This document shows positions 22,085-30,765 of a stretch of DNA of 35,727 nucleotides, one piece after another (positions within the stretch are counted from its first letter, which is position 1; every line of letters starts with the position of its first letter). Source of the DNA: a virus. The position numbers were made by a program, and so were the translations under genes. The DNA lies in the IMG/VR virus record IMGVR_UViG_3300046475_000289; one strand, given 5' to 3'. Under the pieces are notes generated by a model. That model did no database searches. It saw only the letters and a list, made by a program, of their open reading frames with translations, and was not told the DNA's origin.

Positions 22085-25000
22085 TCACCCCCCGACACTC
22101 AGTCGCACGGTCGCGCCCTGCGAGCGGCCGAACTGGACGAGAACACGCTGGATTTCGCGGCCGACGGCGACCGGGTCCATCGCCTGCTCGACGACGACGT
22201 TCACGTTGTAGACGACGCCGCCACCGGCGCCCGCCACGGCTGGGCGGCCGAGGACGGGCCGGGTTCCGGCGACCCGTCCGGACACCACGTCGAGTGCCCG
22301 GTCGAGGTGAGGCACCGCGTCGACCAGGCCGCGCGCGAGGCCCTGCGTGGAGTAGCGGCCGAGCTGCGCCATCACGGTCGACGGGGACTTGATGCCGAGG
22401 GCCTTCTTGATCGCGGCCTGCATGCCCTTGGCGATGGACATCATCAGCTTCTCGATGTCCTTCTGCTGGCCCTCCAGCCCCTTCAGGAATCCCTTCCCAG
22501 CGTTCTTGCCCGAGTCGTACAGGGCGTCTGCGCCCTTGCGGCCCAGCTTCTCGGCCGACTCGTTGATGGCGTACTGCGTCTTGTTGATCGAGGCGAACGT
22601 CTTCTTGTCCGCCCCCGCGAGCGCGGACGCGTAGGCGTATCCCTGCTCGGGGCCCATGTCGAGGATCTCGCGCAGCATGGTCTTGTTGAGGCCGCGCTTC
22701 GCCAGCGTCCCGATGAAGGTGCTGAACTGCTTCATCTTCGCCAGCTTCGCCTGCAGCCGGGCGGTGATCCCGCCCGCGCTGACCGTCTCCTCGTTCTCGA
22801 AGAGACTGCCGAGGCTGGCTGACCGCTTCGCCCCGACCCGGGTGGACTCGGCGTAGGCCTTCGCGGTGGCGATCTTCTTTTCGAGGGCGTCCCTCTGCTT
22901 GGCCGCCGCGAGGAGCTTGCTCGTCTCCCGGTTGACGTAGGCCACCAGCCGGTTGTCCTTGGACCCGGAGAAGGCCGACCAGATGTCCGCGGCCAGATCC
23001 TTGGCCGTCGCCTTGATCTTGTCCCGGGAGCCGGTCAGGCCCACGATCAGGCCCCTGCCCGCGTCCGCCGCGAGCGCCTTCGTCTTCTTGCTCGGGCTGG
23101 CGATCTCCAGCTCGCCGCGGATCCCGACGAGAACAGCCTGCGCCATCTTCCGGGCCGCGCCCTCGACGAGGCCGCCGCTGCCGGACATGCCGGAAGCCAG
23201 GCCCTTCGCGACGTCCATGCCCGCGCCGGGCATGCCACCACCACCGAGGCGGTCGGAGTTGATCGCCTCGATCAGCCCCCGGTGCTTCGCGGTCGACTTG
23301 GCATTGACGACGTACTCGCCGGTCGACGCCCACCACATCGGGATGGAGTCCGACCTTCCCGTGCCCGGTCCGTTCAGGAGACCGGTGGGCATCCCGCCGC
23401 CCGCGAACCCGGGCGCCGGCCCGCCGCGGGCACGGAACGTGGGCGACGCGTGGGAGTCCACGTGCTGCGTGCGGACCGTGGTGAGCGCAACCCGCCCGTT
23501 GAGATTGTTCAGCATCCGCTCGACGAGCGAGAGTTTCCCGCTCGCCTGGTCCGAGACCTTCACGGCCGCAGCCCGCTTCTGCTTCAGCGAGTCGAGGCGG
23601 GCCTGAGCCCGGCTGACCTCCGCGTCCAGCTGCTGCTTCTGCGCGCCGACCGCGACCTTGCGCTTCTGCTTCAGCGTGTCGAGCTCATGCTGCGCGGTAG
23701 TGATCTCGTTGGACAGCGGGGCGGAGTCGCCGTGGAACTGGACATCGGGCATGCCGCCCGCCGCGACCGAGTAGGCATCGAGCTGATCGAGGACACCGTC
23801 GAACGAACCGTCCGCGCTCTCGCGGAACTTGTGGAACTTGTCGGCCGCCCTCTGGATCTCGTCGCCGACTCCCGGGAGCGCGCTGGCCGCTTCCGCGGCG
23901 CCCGTCATGAGGACGTCGATGCCGCTCATGGCCGAGTCGAAGATCCCGGCCATGGCCATCACGATGAACTTGACCTGCCCGATCACCATCAGCGCGGTGG
24001 CCTGCACCGCAACAGTCACGACGGCGCGGAACTTCTCGCTCTTCTGATAGGCGGTGACGAGTGCGAACCCGAGTGCCGCCCCGGCCGCGGCCGCAAGAAT
24101 CAACGGATTCGCGTCGAGGATGAACAGGGCAGCCGAGACCCCCATCGTGGCGACCTTCACGGCGAGCAGGCTCGCGGCGATCGCCGCGATCACGTCCGGC
24201 GGCATCCACTGGATGAACTTCGCGAAGCCTTCCGCGATCTCGATGGACGTACCGATCAGAGGGCGCAGCGCGTCGTACAGGTCCAGGGCGGCCAGGGCCA
24301 GATTCTCCAGTGAGCCCTGCCCCTCGCCCGCGATGTCCATGAACCGCTTGAAGCCGTCCGAGTCGCCGAGGCCCTGGCCCCACTTCGCGAACGCGGCGCT
24401 GCCTTTCTGGAGTCCGCCGGTGAACCGGTCGGACGTGGGCAGGAACGCGGAGATGATTCCGCCGAGCCCGACGAACACGTTGCGCCCGGTGGCGAGCAGA
24501 TCCGGAAGGGTCTTCTTCGCCGCCGAGTTGAGTCGGTCGATGAACCCCTTGAGGCCGTTCCCGTCGAGGCCGTCCATGAAGTCGGACAGGGCACCGGCTG
24601 TCGTCCGCACCAGCGGCGTCAGCAGAGGCAAAGCCTTACGCGCACCCTCGATCCCCTTGGTGAAGATCGGCATGGTGTCGTCGGAGAGAGAGTCGGACCA
24701 CTTCGCGTAGTCGCTCTTCAGACCGACGAACGCCTTGGCCGTCTCCCTCGTCTTCGGCGGCAGATCGGCCAGGGCTTTGCTGTATGCCTTGTTCGCGGCG
24801 GCCGCCTTCTTGCCACCCTCGGCCTGCGCATCCTGTGCCGCCGCGTAGAGTTCCGCGGCCGCGGTCACCTTGGTCAGCTGAGGCTTCACCGCGGCACCGA
24901 ACGCGCCGGCCGCCGCGCCCGCCGAAGCGAACGCGGCCGTCATGGCGCCCGCTCCGGCGATGATGGTCGCCGCCATGGGGCCGCCGCCGAGCTGGCCCGC

Positions 25001-25117
25001 GATGGCCAGCTTGGTCAGCTTCTTCTCCAGGTCCCCGGCGGAATCGCCGGCCCGGTCCATGACCCGGGACAGCCGGTCGCGGCCCTCGAGGATGAACGTC
25101 ATGCGGGAGCTACTCAC
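22085..25117 (-). CDS. Tape measure protein
   Basis: 1010 aa, Ala/Gly-rich with central hydrophobic segments; follows the G/G-T chaperone; GTG at 25117 (or ATG at 25102). Confidence 0.9.
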   Translation of the reverse strand: MSSSRMTFILEGRDRLSRVMDRAGDSAGDLEKKLTKLAIAGQLGGGPMAATIIAGAGAMTAAFASAGAAAGAFGAAVKPQLTKVTAAAELYAAAQDAQAEGGKKAAAANKAYSKALADLPPKTRETAKAFVGLKSDYAKWSDSLSDDTMPIFTKGIEGARKALPLLTPLVRTTAGALSDFMDGLDGNGLKGFIDRLNSAAKKTLPDLLATGRNVFVGLGGIISAFLPTSDRFTGGLQKGSAAFAKWGQGLGDSDGFKRFMDIAGEGQGSLENLALAALDLYDALRPLIGTSIEIAEGFAKFIQWMPPDVIAAIAASLLAVKVATMGVSAALFILDANPLILAAAAGAALGFALVTAYQKSEKFRAVVTVAVQATALMVIGQVKFIVMAMAGIFDSAMSGIDVLMTGAAEAASALPGVGDEIQRAADKFHKFRESADGSFDGVLDQLDAYSVAAGGMPDVQFHGDSAPLSNEITTAQHELDTLKQKRKVAVGAQKQQLDAEVSRAQARLDSLKQKRAAAVKVSDQASGKLSLVERMLNNLNGRVALTTVRTQHVDSHASPTFRARGGPAPGFAGGGMPTGLLNGPGTGRSDSIPMWWASTGEYVVNAKSTAKHRGLIEAINSDRLGGGGMPGAGMDVAKGLASGMSGSGGLVEGAARKMAQAVLVGIRGELEIASPSKKTKALAADAGRGLIVGLTGSRDKIKATAKDLAADIWSAFSGSKDNRLVAYVNRETSKLLAAAKQRDALEKKIATAKAYAESTRVGAKRSASLGSLFENEETVSAGGITARLQAKLAKMKQFSTFIGTLAKRGLNKTMLREILDMGPEQGYAYASALAGADKKTFASINKTQYAINESAEKLGRKGADALYDSGKNAGKGFLKGLEGQQKDIEKLMMSIAKGMQAAIKKALGIKSPSTVMAQLGRYSTQGLARGLVDAVPHLDRALDVVSGRVAGTRPVLGRPAVAGAGGGVVYNVNVVVEQAMDPVAVGREIQRVLVQFGRSQGATVRLSVGG

Positions 25118-25693
25118 GGGCCTGCGCCTCCTGCTGTCGCTGGTAGTCGTCGATCCACGCGATGGCCCGCTCGAACTGGTCGAGGGTCAGCCGCTCGACA
25201 TCCCACGGCTTCATGTGCAGGAGGTGCGCGAACAGCGGCTCGTAGGTCAGCCGGCGCCACGCGATGCTTTGACGGCCGACGCTTTTGGGACCGCCTCCGG
25301 GTTGCCGCCGGGCGAGGGCTCGTCCTCGTCGAGGAGCGCGTCGGCCTCGTCGAACTCCGCGAGGAGAGCCGCCTTCTGCTCGGGCTCGATGTCGGGGTTC
25401 TCCTCGACGGCCTTTCGGATCTCGGCCCGCTCCACCTTGCTGTACTCCCAGCCCAGCTCACTGGCGGCCGGGACGAACGCGCTGTAGCGGAGGTCGGCCT
25501 GGGTGCGCTTCATGAGGACCCAGGCGACAGCGCGCAGGGCGAGCATGCTGCCCTTGATGACCTTTGACCGGGCGGCAGCCCAGTCGAGGTCGGTGACCCG
25601 CTCGACGGCCTCGGCCTCGGTGGCGAGGATGCGGATCTCGGTGAGGTCCCAGCGGTGCGCGTCGCCGCCCTCGGGCTCATAGGTGATGATCAC
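25110..25693 (-). CDS. Tail assembly chaperone G-T fusion made by a -1 programmed frameshift
   Basis: The -1 frame after the slip reads SVGRQSIAWRRLTYEPLFAHLLHMKPWDVERLTLDQFERAIAWIDDYQRQQEAQARE, stop TAG at 25110-25112; protein-like, unlike the +1 frame. Confidence 0.65.
25247..25693 (-). CDS. Tail assembly chaperone (G-like)
   Basis: 148 aa, acidic C-terminus, immediately upstream of the tape measure; GTG at 25693 after GAAAGG. Confidence 0.75.
   Translation of the reverse strand: MIITYEPEGGDAHRWDLTEIRILATEAEAVERVTDLDWAAARSKVIKGSMLALRAVAWVLMKRTQADLRYSAFVPAASELGWEYSKVERAEIRKAVEENPDIEPEQKAALLAEFDEADALLDEDEPSPGGNPEAVPKASAVKASRGAG
25283..25289 (-). promoter_or_regulatory. Slippery heptamer C CCA AAA (X XXY YYZ) for the -1 frameshift
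   Basis: The plus strand shows ttttggg at 25283-25289; in the G frame it reads GTC CCA AAA GCG. Confidence 0.65.
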
Positions 25694-25705
25694 GGGTGGT
25701 GCCTT

Positions 25706-26212
25706 TCAGTTCAGACGACGGCGGACGTCGTCCAGGACACGGGCCACCTCGCGCCCCATGCGCGGCTGGTGGCTTCTGACGGGGCGGTCCCACCACAGTG
25801 GCGTCGCGTTCTGCTGCGACCAGCGGCGTTTGTTGCCGAAGGTGGGGTGGCGCAGCCTGCCTTCGTTGAGGCGGGCGAGGACGCCGTTGCTGATGTCCGG
25901 GGGCAGGGCGGACCGGTCGACCCACACCCGGGCCCCGGGGTTGCCGGTGGTGCGCACCGAGATACGGATCGCCTCGGCGATGCTGACGCGCAGCGGCCGC
26001 GTGGTGGGTGAGGGCCCGCCCCGCTTACCGGACTTGCGGCCCTCGGACCTGATGTCGAGGTGACGGATGGAGTCCTGCAGATCGGCGCGCAGCGGCTCGG
26101 CCGCACGGCGGATCCGGCGCTGCATGCTGCTGCGGATGTTCTCGTGGCCGGCCGCCCGCAGCTTGCGCTGCAGGTCCAGGAGTTGCCCGGTGCCGGTGAT
26201 GGATACCTGCAC
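25706..26212 (-). CDS. Structural protein, HK97 gp10-like (tail component)
   Basis: MQVSITGTGQLLDLQRKLRAAG N-terminus resembles the HK97 gp10 family; sits between the major tail and chaperone genes. Confidence 0.5.
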   Translation of the reverse strand: MQVSITGTGQLLDLQRKLRAAGHENIRSSMQRRIRRAAEPLRADLQDSIRHLDIRSEGRKSGKRGGPSPTTRPLRVSIAEAIRISVRTTGNPGARVWVDRSALPPDISNGVLARLNEGRLRHPTFGNKRRWSQQNATPLWWDRPVRSHQPRMGREVARVLDDVRRRLN

Positions 26213-26221
26213 CGGGTCACC

Positions 26222-27208
26222 TCACAGCGTGATGTCCGTCGTCATGTACTCGATCTTCGGCTGGTTGGTGCCGTCGTACAGGGCGGTGAAGTTGAACGTC
26301 GGCCGCACGACGTCGAAGCCGTCGACAACCGGGGGGCCCTCGTCGAACTTCACTGCGGGCAGGGTGATGCGGAACGTCTCCGCATACGTGCTCGCGATGA
26401 TCGGGCCGACGAACTCCCACACCAGGCTGGTCGCGCCGTCGCTGGTGTACAGGTCGTCGAGGATCGTGTCGATGTAGTCCGTCTCCAACGAACCACTGAT
26501 TTTCACCTGGTCATTGCTGATCGGTTCCTTCTTCAGTCCGGCCTGGCCCGCGTAGAAACGCTCCGTCGCCTGCGGCCGCTCGACCTTCACGGACACCTTG
26601 CGGACGCCGTCGCGCGCCGTCTCCGAGGAATACGTTCCGGTCTTGACGGCCATCTGGCCGAAGTGGAAGGGCGACATGTTCGGGTAGCTCGCGACCCCGA
26701 GCGTCTGCGCCTCGTCGCACGTCTTGCCGTCGAACTCGAAGCTGCCGGTGAGCATGCCGCCCACCTCGCACGCGAACTCCGCCGACGTGACCTTGCAGCC
26801 CAGGAACGTCTTGTCCGTCACCGTGCCCGTGGTGAGGGGCACGCCCTTCTGGATCGTGAGCGACTTGCCAGCCGTATCCGCGAGGGTGTGCGTCTGCAGG
26901 TAGGCGGTGGTCGCCACCTGCTGCACCGGTGTGACCGTCGTTCCCATGAGCGCCTGCAGCAGGACGCCCATGGACTTGTTGACGATCTCCAGGTCGATGG
27001 AGCCCTGCACCTCCTGGCGCGTCAGCACACGCCGGGACGACAGCGCGAGCAGACGCCCGGCCGCGATGCCCGCACTCTGCGCCGTCGTCTTCTTGAGAGC
27101 GAGGCTCTCCTTGGTGAACTCGATGAACTTGGCCGGCGCGACGAACGTGCCGTAGGACGACTCCGCCGAGATGCCGAGCTGGGCGCCAAGGCCCGAACCG
27201 ATCGCCAT
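26222..27208 (-). CDS. Major tail (tube) protein
   Basis: 328 aa, beta-rich, position upstream of the chaperones and tape measure. Confidence 0.75.
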   Translation of the reverse strand: MAIGSGLGAQLGISAESSYGTFVAPAKFIEFTKESLALKKTTAQSAGIAAGRLLALSSRRVLTRQEVQGSIDLEIVNKSMGVLLQALMGTTVTPVQQVATTAYLQTHTLADTAGKSLTIQKGVPLTTGTVTDKTFLGCKVTSAEFACEVGGMLTGSFEFDGKTCDEAQTLGVASYPNMSPFHFGQMAVKTGTYSSETARDGVRKVSVKVERPQATERFYAGQAGLKKEPISNDQVKISGSLETDYIDTILDDLYTSDGATSLVWEFVGPIIASTYAETFRITLPAVKFDEGPPVVDGFDVVRPTFNFTALYDGTNQPKIEYMTTDITL

Positions 27209-27423
27209 CAGAGATCAGCTCCCTTCGCGGCACGCGCCGCCCTCTTCGCCTCAGCCGCGGCCTTGAGGCCCGGCTCTTCCACGGACTCCCAGTTGGTGGT
27301 CTGGCAGACGTAGCCCTCGAACCGCTCGTCCGGTACCTCGATGACGGTGTCCGGCTCGACGAGCCGGTCGCCGAGCTCAGGCACGGTGACCGGGTCCGAG
27401 CCCACGTAGCGCACTCGCGCCAT
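27208..27423 (-). CDS. Hypothetical small structural-module protein (71 aa)
   Basis: ATG at 27423 preceded by CCCGAGGAGTACAGCC; TGATG overlap with the major tail gene; the track N-terminus is junk. Confidence 0.55.
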   Translation of the reverse strand: MARVRYVGSDPVTVPELGDRLVEPDTVIEVPDERFEGYVCQTTNWESVEEPGLKAAAEAKRAARAAKGADL

Positions 27424-27446
27424 GGCTGTACTCCTCGGGTGGTTGA

Positions 27447-27911
27447 TCAGATACGGGCTCGGCAGGACACCGCGAACTCGACGCCCACAGAGGCGCCCTC
27501 GCTGGTGGACTGCTGGACGTTGCCGGTGGTGAGGTGCGCCCACAGGACAGCGCCGTTCAGGGTGGGGGCCTCGGGCGCCGCATCGGTGGCCCGCAGCGCC
27601 TGCTCGACCTCGCCGACCAGGTCGAAGGCGTCGACACGGCGGAAGGACATGTCCTTGTCGCCGCCCCGCGATTCCGCGTAGCAGGAGATGACGAACGCCT
27701 CGTCGCGAGTCCGGGCCCCAGCTGCGTTGAAGGACTGCTCCAACTCGACAGCCTGATCGCCGCCCGGCGACCAGCCGATATGGATCCGGCGCCGCTGGGT
27801 CAGGTTCACCGCGCTCGGCCCGTCGACGACGGCGACGTCCGCGAGGGCGGGCCGTGCGCGCAGGAGTGCGAGCAGCGCGTCGACCGCGGCAGGTACACGG
27901 GAGGTCTGCAC
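27447..27911 (-). CDS. Tail terminator / head-tail joining protein (DUF3168-like)
   Basis: 154 aa; position and N-terminal VPAAVDALLALLRARPAL pattern; GTG overlaps the upstream TAG by 1 nt. Confidence 0.5.
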   Translation of the reverse strand: MQTSRVPAAVDALLALLRARPALADVAVVDGPSAVNLTQRRRIHIGWSPGGDQAVELEQSFNAAGARTRDEAFVISCYAESRGGDKDMSFRRVDAFDLVGEVEQALRATDAAPEAPTLNGAVLWAHLTTGNVQQSTSEGASVGVEFAVSCRARI

Positions 27912-28465
27912 TACGCCACCCCCGGCGGGACCTTGTACGGCTCCAGCAGCTGCAGCACCCGGTTCGGGATCGCGTAACCCCAGCCCGGCACGGCCTCGGT
28001 GACGCTGAAGTCCTCACCGCCGCCGATGGAGGACATGCCGCGCGACGCCCCGTACTGCGTGCGCCACAGGTGCTGCAGCAGGATCCGGGCTGCGAGGTTG
28101 ACGGTTGGCATCTCCTCGGTGCGGCCTGCCGTGTACACGAAGCGCCACAGGGTCCCGGCGAAGCTGCCGCCGCGGTAGCGGACGATTCCGGTGGCTCCGT
28201 CCAGGACGAGCTTGGACAGGTCCAGGGCGTCGCCCGTCTCGACCGCAGGCTCGACCGACACCAGGGCGACGGCCGGGATGCGGGACAGGCACATCGAGGC
28301 GCTGCGGCCCTCGATCGTCTCGGTGAACTCCCGGACCTCGACCGGCCCGATGTGTCGTTCGATCGGCGCGGTCAGTGCGTCGATGAACGCCTGCAGCTCG
28401 ACGTCCTCGGCAGAGCCGTCGATGTCGAGCTGGGCCTTCGCCTCTTCGAGGGTGAGCAGCGCCAT
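27911..28465 (-). CDS. Head-tail connector (gp6-like adaptor)
   Basis: MALLTLEEAKAQLDIDGSAEDVELQAFIDALTAPIERHIG is the characteristic connector N-terminus. Confidence 0.7.
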   Translation of the reverse strand: MALLTLEEAKAQLDIDGSAEDVELQAFIDALTAPIERHIGPVEVREFTETIEGRSASMCLSRIPAVALVSVEPAVETGDALDLSKLVLDGATGIVRYRGGSFAGTLWRFVYTAGRTEEMPTVNLAARILLQHLWRTQYGASRGMSSIGGGEDFSVTEAVPGWGYAIPNRVLQLLEPYKVPPGVA

Positions 28466-28477
28466 GAGGACCTCCGC

Positions 28478-28726
28478 CTACTTATCGACTGCGGACTTCG
28501 TCATGGGCCCCTTGCGGCGGGCGGTGGCGGTCTCGGGCTTCGCCGGGTTGGCCGCGTTCTCCTCGGCCGGCTCCTCGGTCTCGGGCTCGTCGTCGGCCTC
28601 CTCGACGAGACCGCCCGCGATCATGTGCTCGGCCTCGTCGTCGGGCAGGTCGACCACACCGCCCCGCGCGGGCCAGGACTCGCCGTCGCGGGTCCCGGAG
28701 ATGGCGACCTTCATGCGAACGCGCAT
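28478..28726 (-). CDS. Hypothetical acidic protein following the capsid gene (82 aa)
   Basis: ATG at 28726 preceded by GAGAGGAAACAGCA. Confidence 0.55.
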   Translation of the reverse strand: MRVRMKVAISGTRDGESWPARGGVVDLPDDEAEHMIAGGLVEEADDEPETEEPAEENAANPAKPETATARRKGPMTKSAVDK

Positions 28727-28749
28727 TGCTGTTTCCTCTCAGACCGAGA

Positions 28750-28773
28750 GGGCGGCCACGGCCGTGGCCGCCC
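28750..28773 (-). terminator. 24-bp perfect GC palindrome just after the capsid gene (attenuator/terminator)
   Basis: gggcggccacgg (28750-28761) pairs with ccgtggccgccc (28762-28773). Confidence 0.45.
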
Positions 28774-28787
28774 CGGATGCGGATGGG

Positions 28788-30002
28788 TCAGGACGCCCCG
28801 CCGGCGAACAACTTCACGGCGCCGGTCTGGTCGACGAGCAGGCCGTCCGCGCGGATGATCGCCCGGAAGGTCACCAGGTCGGAGTTGAACGCGTAGTCGT
28901 CGGACCGCTCGAACCGCACCCCGCCCGCCATACGGACGAAGTACTGCGAGATGTCGCCGAACGCCACGGACTTCGCGTTGAGCGCGATGGCCGCCACGTT
29001 CGGGTCGGTGTGGACCGGCTTGCCCAGCAGCATGTCCGGAGCGCCGACCTGGATGGACGGCTGCCACAGGTACTGGCCCTGAGAGTCCTTCAGCTTCCGA
29101 GCCGAGCCGAGGGTGGCGTCGCGCATCAGCCAGCCGCACGACGTGCTGTTCCGGTACGGGGCGATGACCGAGTAGTAGAGGTCGATCAGGTTGTCCGCGG
29201 TGAACGCACCCACCACGCCGGTGCCGCCGGTCACGCCCGCAGAGGCGGAGGTGATGATGCCGGTCGGCTTCGACGATCCGTCACCGGTGATCGCGTGGAC
29301 GCCGAACGCGTTGCCCAGCGCCCGCCCCGCCTGCATGGCGAGGTAGCCCTCCAGGTCGACGCCCGTGTCGGTGAGCAGCTCGGTGGCCGCCTGGATCAGC
29401 ACGGCGTACTTGTAGGCGCCCAGGGTCCGCTTGCCGAACGCAGGGTCCGACTCGCTGATCGCCGCGGCTTCGGCGGTGAGCGCGGCACTGGAGTGCGCCG
29501 TGGTCACCGGGATCTCGATCGTCTCGCCGGACGCCGTGTTCAGCACGGTAGGCCCGGCCATCAGAATCCCGGACACCTCGATGAGGTGCGCCATCAGCTG
29601 GCCGTAGAACGTGGTCGGCACGGTGTTGCCGCCCGCGGTCGTGGTGCCCTTGACCAGGTCACGGAAGGCGACCCCGTCCGGCTTCGCGACGTCGATACTG
29701 CGGATCTCACCGCGCGCCCACCGGCGCAGCTCCGAGTCCTCGACGGGCTTGCGCTCCTGCTCCTGCGGCTTGGCGAGCAGTCCGGCGAACGCGGCCTCGG
29801 CGTCCTTGGTCCGCTGCTCCGCCTCGGTCAGGTCCTTCACCCGGGCGTCGATCTTGTCGAGGTCCGCGTTGAAGGCCTGGTACTTGCCCTCCTCCTCGGC
29901 GGACAGATCCCGCTTCTCGGTTTCGGCCGTGTCGAGCAGTTCCTTCGCCTGCTCCCACACGTTGGCGCGCCGCTCCTGCAGCGCCTTGATGAACGCAGTC
30001 AT
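28788..30002 (-). CDS. Major capsid protein, HK97 fold, with N-terminal delta (scaffold) domain
   Basis: 404 aa; coiled-coil N-terminus (LSAEEEGKYQAFNADLDKIDARVKDLTEAEQR) followed by the capsid body; downstream of the protease. Confidence 0.9.
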   Translation of the reverse strand: MTAFIKALQERRANVWEQAKELLDTAETEKRDLSAEEEGKYQAFNADLDKIDARVKDLTEAEQRTKDAEAAFAGLLAKPQEQERKPVEDSELRRWARGEIRSIDVAKPDGVAFRDLVKGTTTAGGNTVPTTFYGQLMAHLIEVSGILMAGPTVLNTASGETIEIPVTTAHSSAALTAEAAAISESDPAFGKRTLGAYKYAVLIQAATELLTDTGVDLEGYLAMQAGRALGNAFGVHAITGDGSSKPTGIITSASAGVTGGTGVVGAFTADNLIDLYYSVIAPYRNSTSCGWLMRDATLGSARKLKDSQGQYLWQPSIQVGAPDMLLGKPVHTDPNVAAIALNAKSVAFGDISQYFVRMAGGVRFERSDDYAFNSDLVTFRAIIRADGLLVDQTGAVKLFAGGAS

Positions 30003-30090
30003 GTCGCCCTCCTGGGCATGACGAAGGCGCCCGCGGCAAGTTGGCCGGGACGCCTGATGGGTGGTGTGTCGAGGTGGGGTTCGCCCTGCC

Positions 30091-30765
30091 TCAGAAGGTG
30101 CGGCGCTGCATGAGCTCGGCGCGCCGCTGCCGTACCGCCATGACCAGGTGGGTGTCGCCCTGCCCGGCCGGCGGGATGATCGTGGGGGCCGGGGCCCCGA
30201 GGAACCGCTTGAGCTCGCCGGCCTCCGCCGCGGCCCGGACCTCCGCCAGCTCGGCGCCCGCCTTCTCCGCCAGCGAGCGCAGGCCCGTGGACGTGTCGAG
30301 GTACGCCGGATCGTTGACCGGGGCGACGTCGACGAGCTGGCCGGACAGCAGCGTCCGCACGGGGAAGCCGTCGTCCGTCATCGCCCAGTCGTCCTCGAAC
30401 GTGTAGAACGCGAACGAGGATTCGGCGACGTCGCCGCGCTGCACCAGCTCGTACACGTCGCCGCGCGCGGCCGGGACGTCCACGCTGTAGTCGAGGCCCG
30501 TGCCGTCCGTCTGCAGCCGCAGCGTGCCCGAACGGGACGTGCCCAGCAGCATGTTGTTGTCGTGGTTGTAGCGGGCCATCACGCGCGGCCAGCCGTCACC
30601 CTCGCTCTTCGCGAAGAACCCGGGGTCGATGCGCTCGACGAACCCGCCGAGGTTGCGGGACAGCGTGTTGAACTTCGCCGCGTACCCGCCGATCGTCCTG
30701 CTGTCGCCGGCCGCCCGGACCTCGACGAGGCCGCGCGTGAACCGACGCTCACTGTCGCCGTTCAT
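30091..30765 (-). CDS. Prohead serine protease (HK97 family)
   Basis: ATG at 30765 overlaps the portal stop (TGATG); GYAAKFNTLS, ARYNHD, GTLRL, DYSVDVP, GDVAESSFAF motifs. Confidence 0.85.
   Translation of the reverse strand: MNGDSERRFTRGLVEVRAAGDSRTIGGYAAKFNTLSRNLGGFVERIDPGFFAKSEGDGWPRVMARYNHDNNMLLGTSRSGTLRLQTDGTGLDYSVDVPAARGDVYELVQRGDVAESSFAFYTFEDDWAMTDDGFPVRTLLSGQLVDVAPVNDPAYLDTSTGLRSLAEKAGAELAEVRAAAEAGELKRFLGAPAPTIIPPAGQGDTHLVMAVRQRRAELMQRRTF

Noticed and set aside
25114-25461. 115-aa ORF as the frameshift (T) extension of the tail chaperone
   Set aside because: It is in the +1 frame relative to G and translates to Arg/Pro/Ser junk. The -1 frame, reached via CCCAAAA, gives a protein-like extension.
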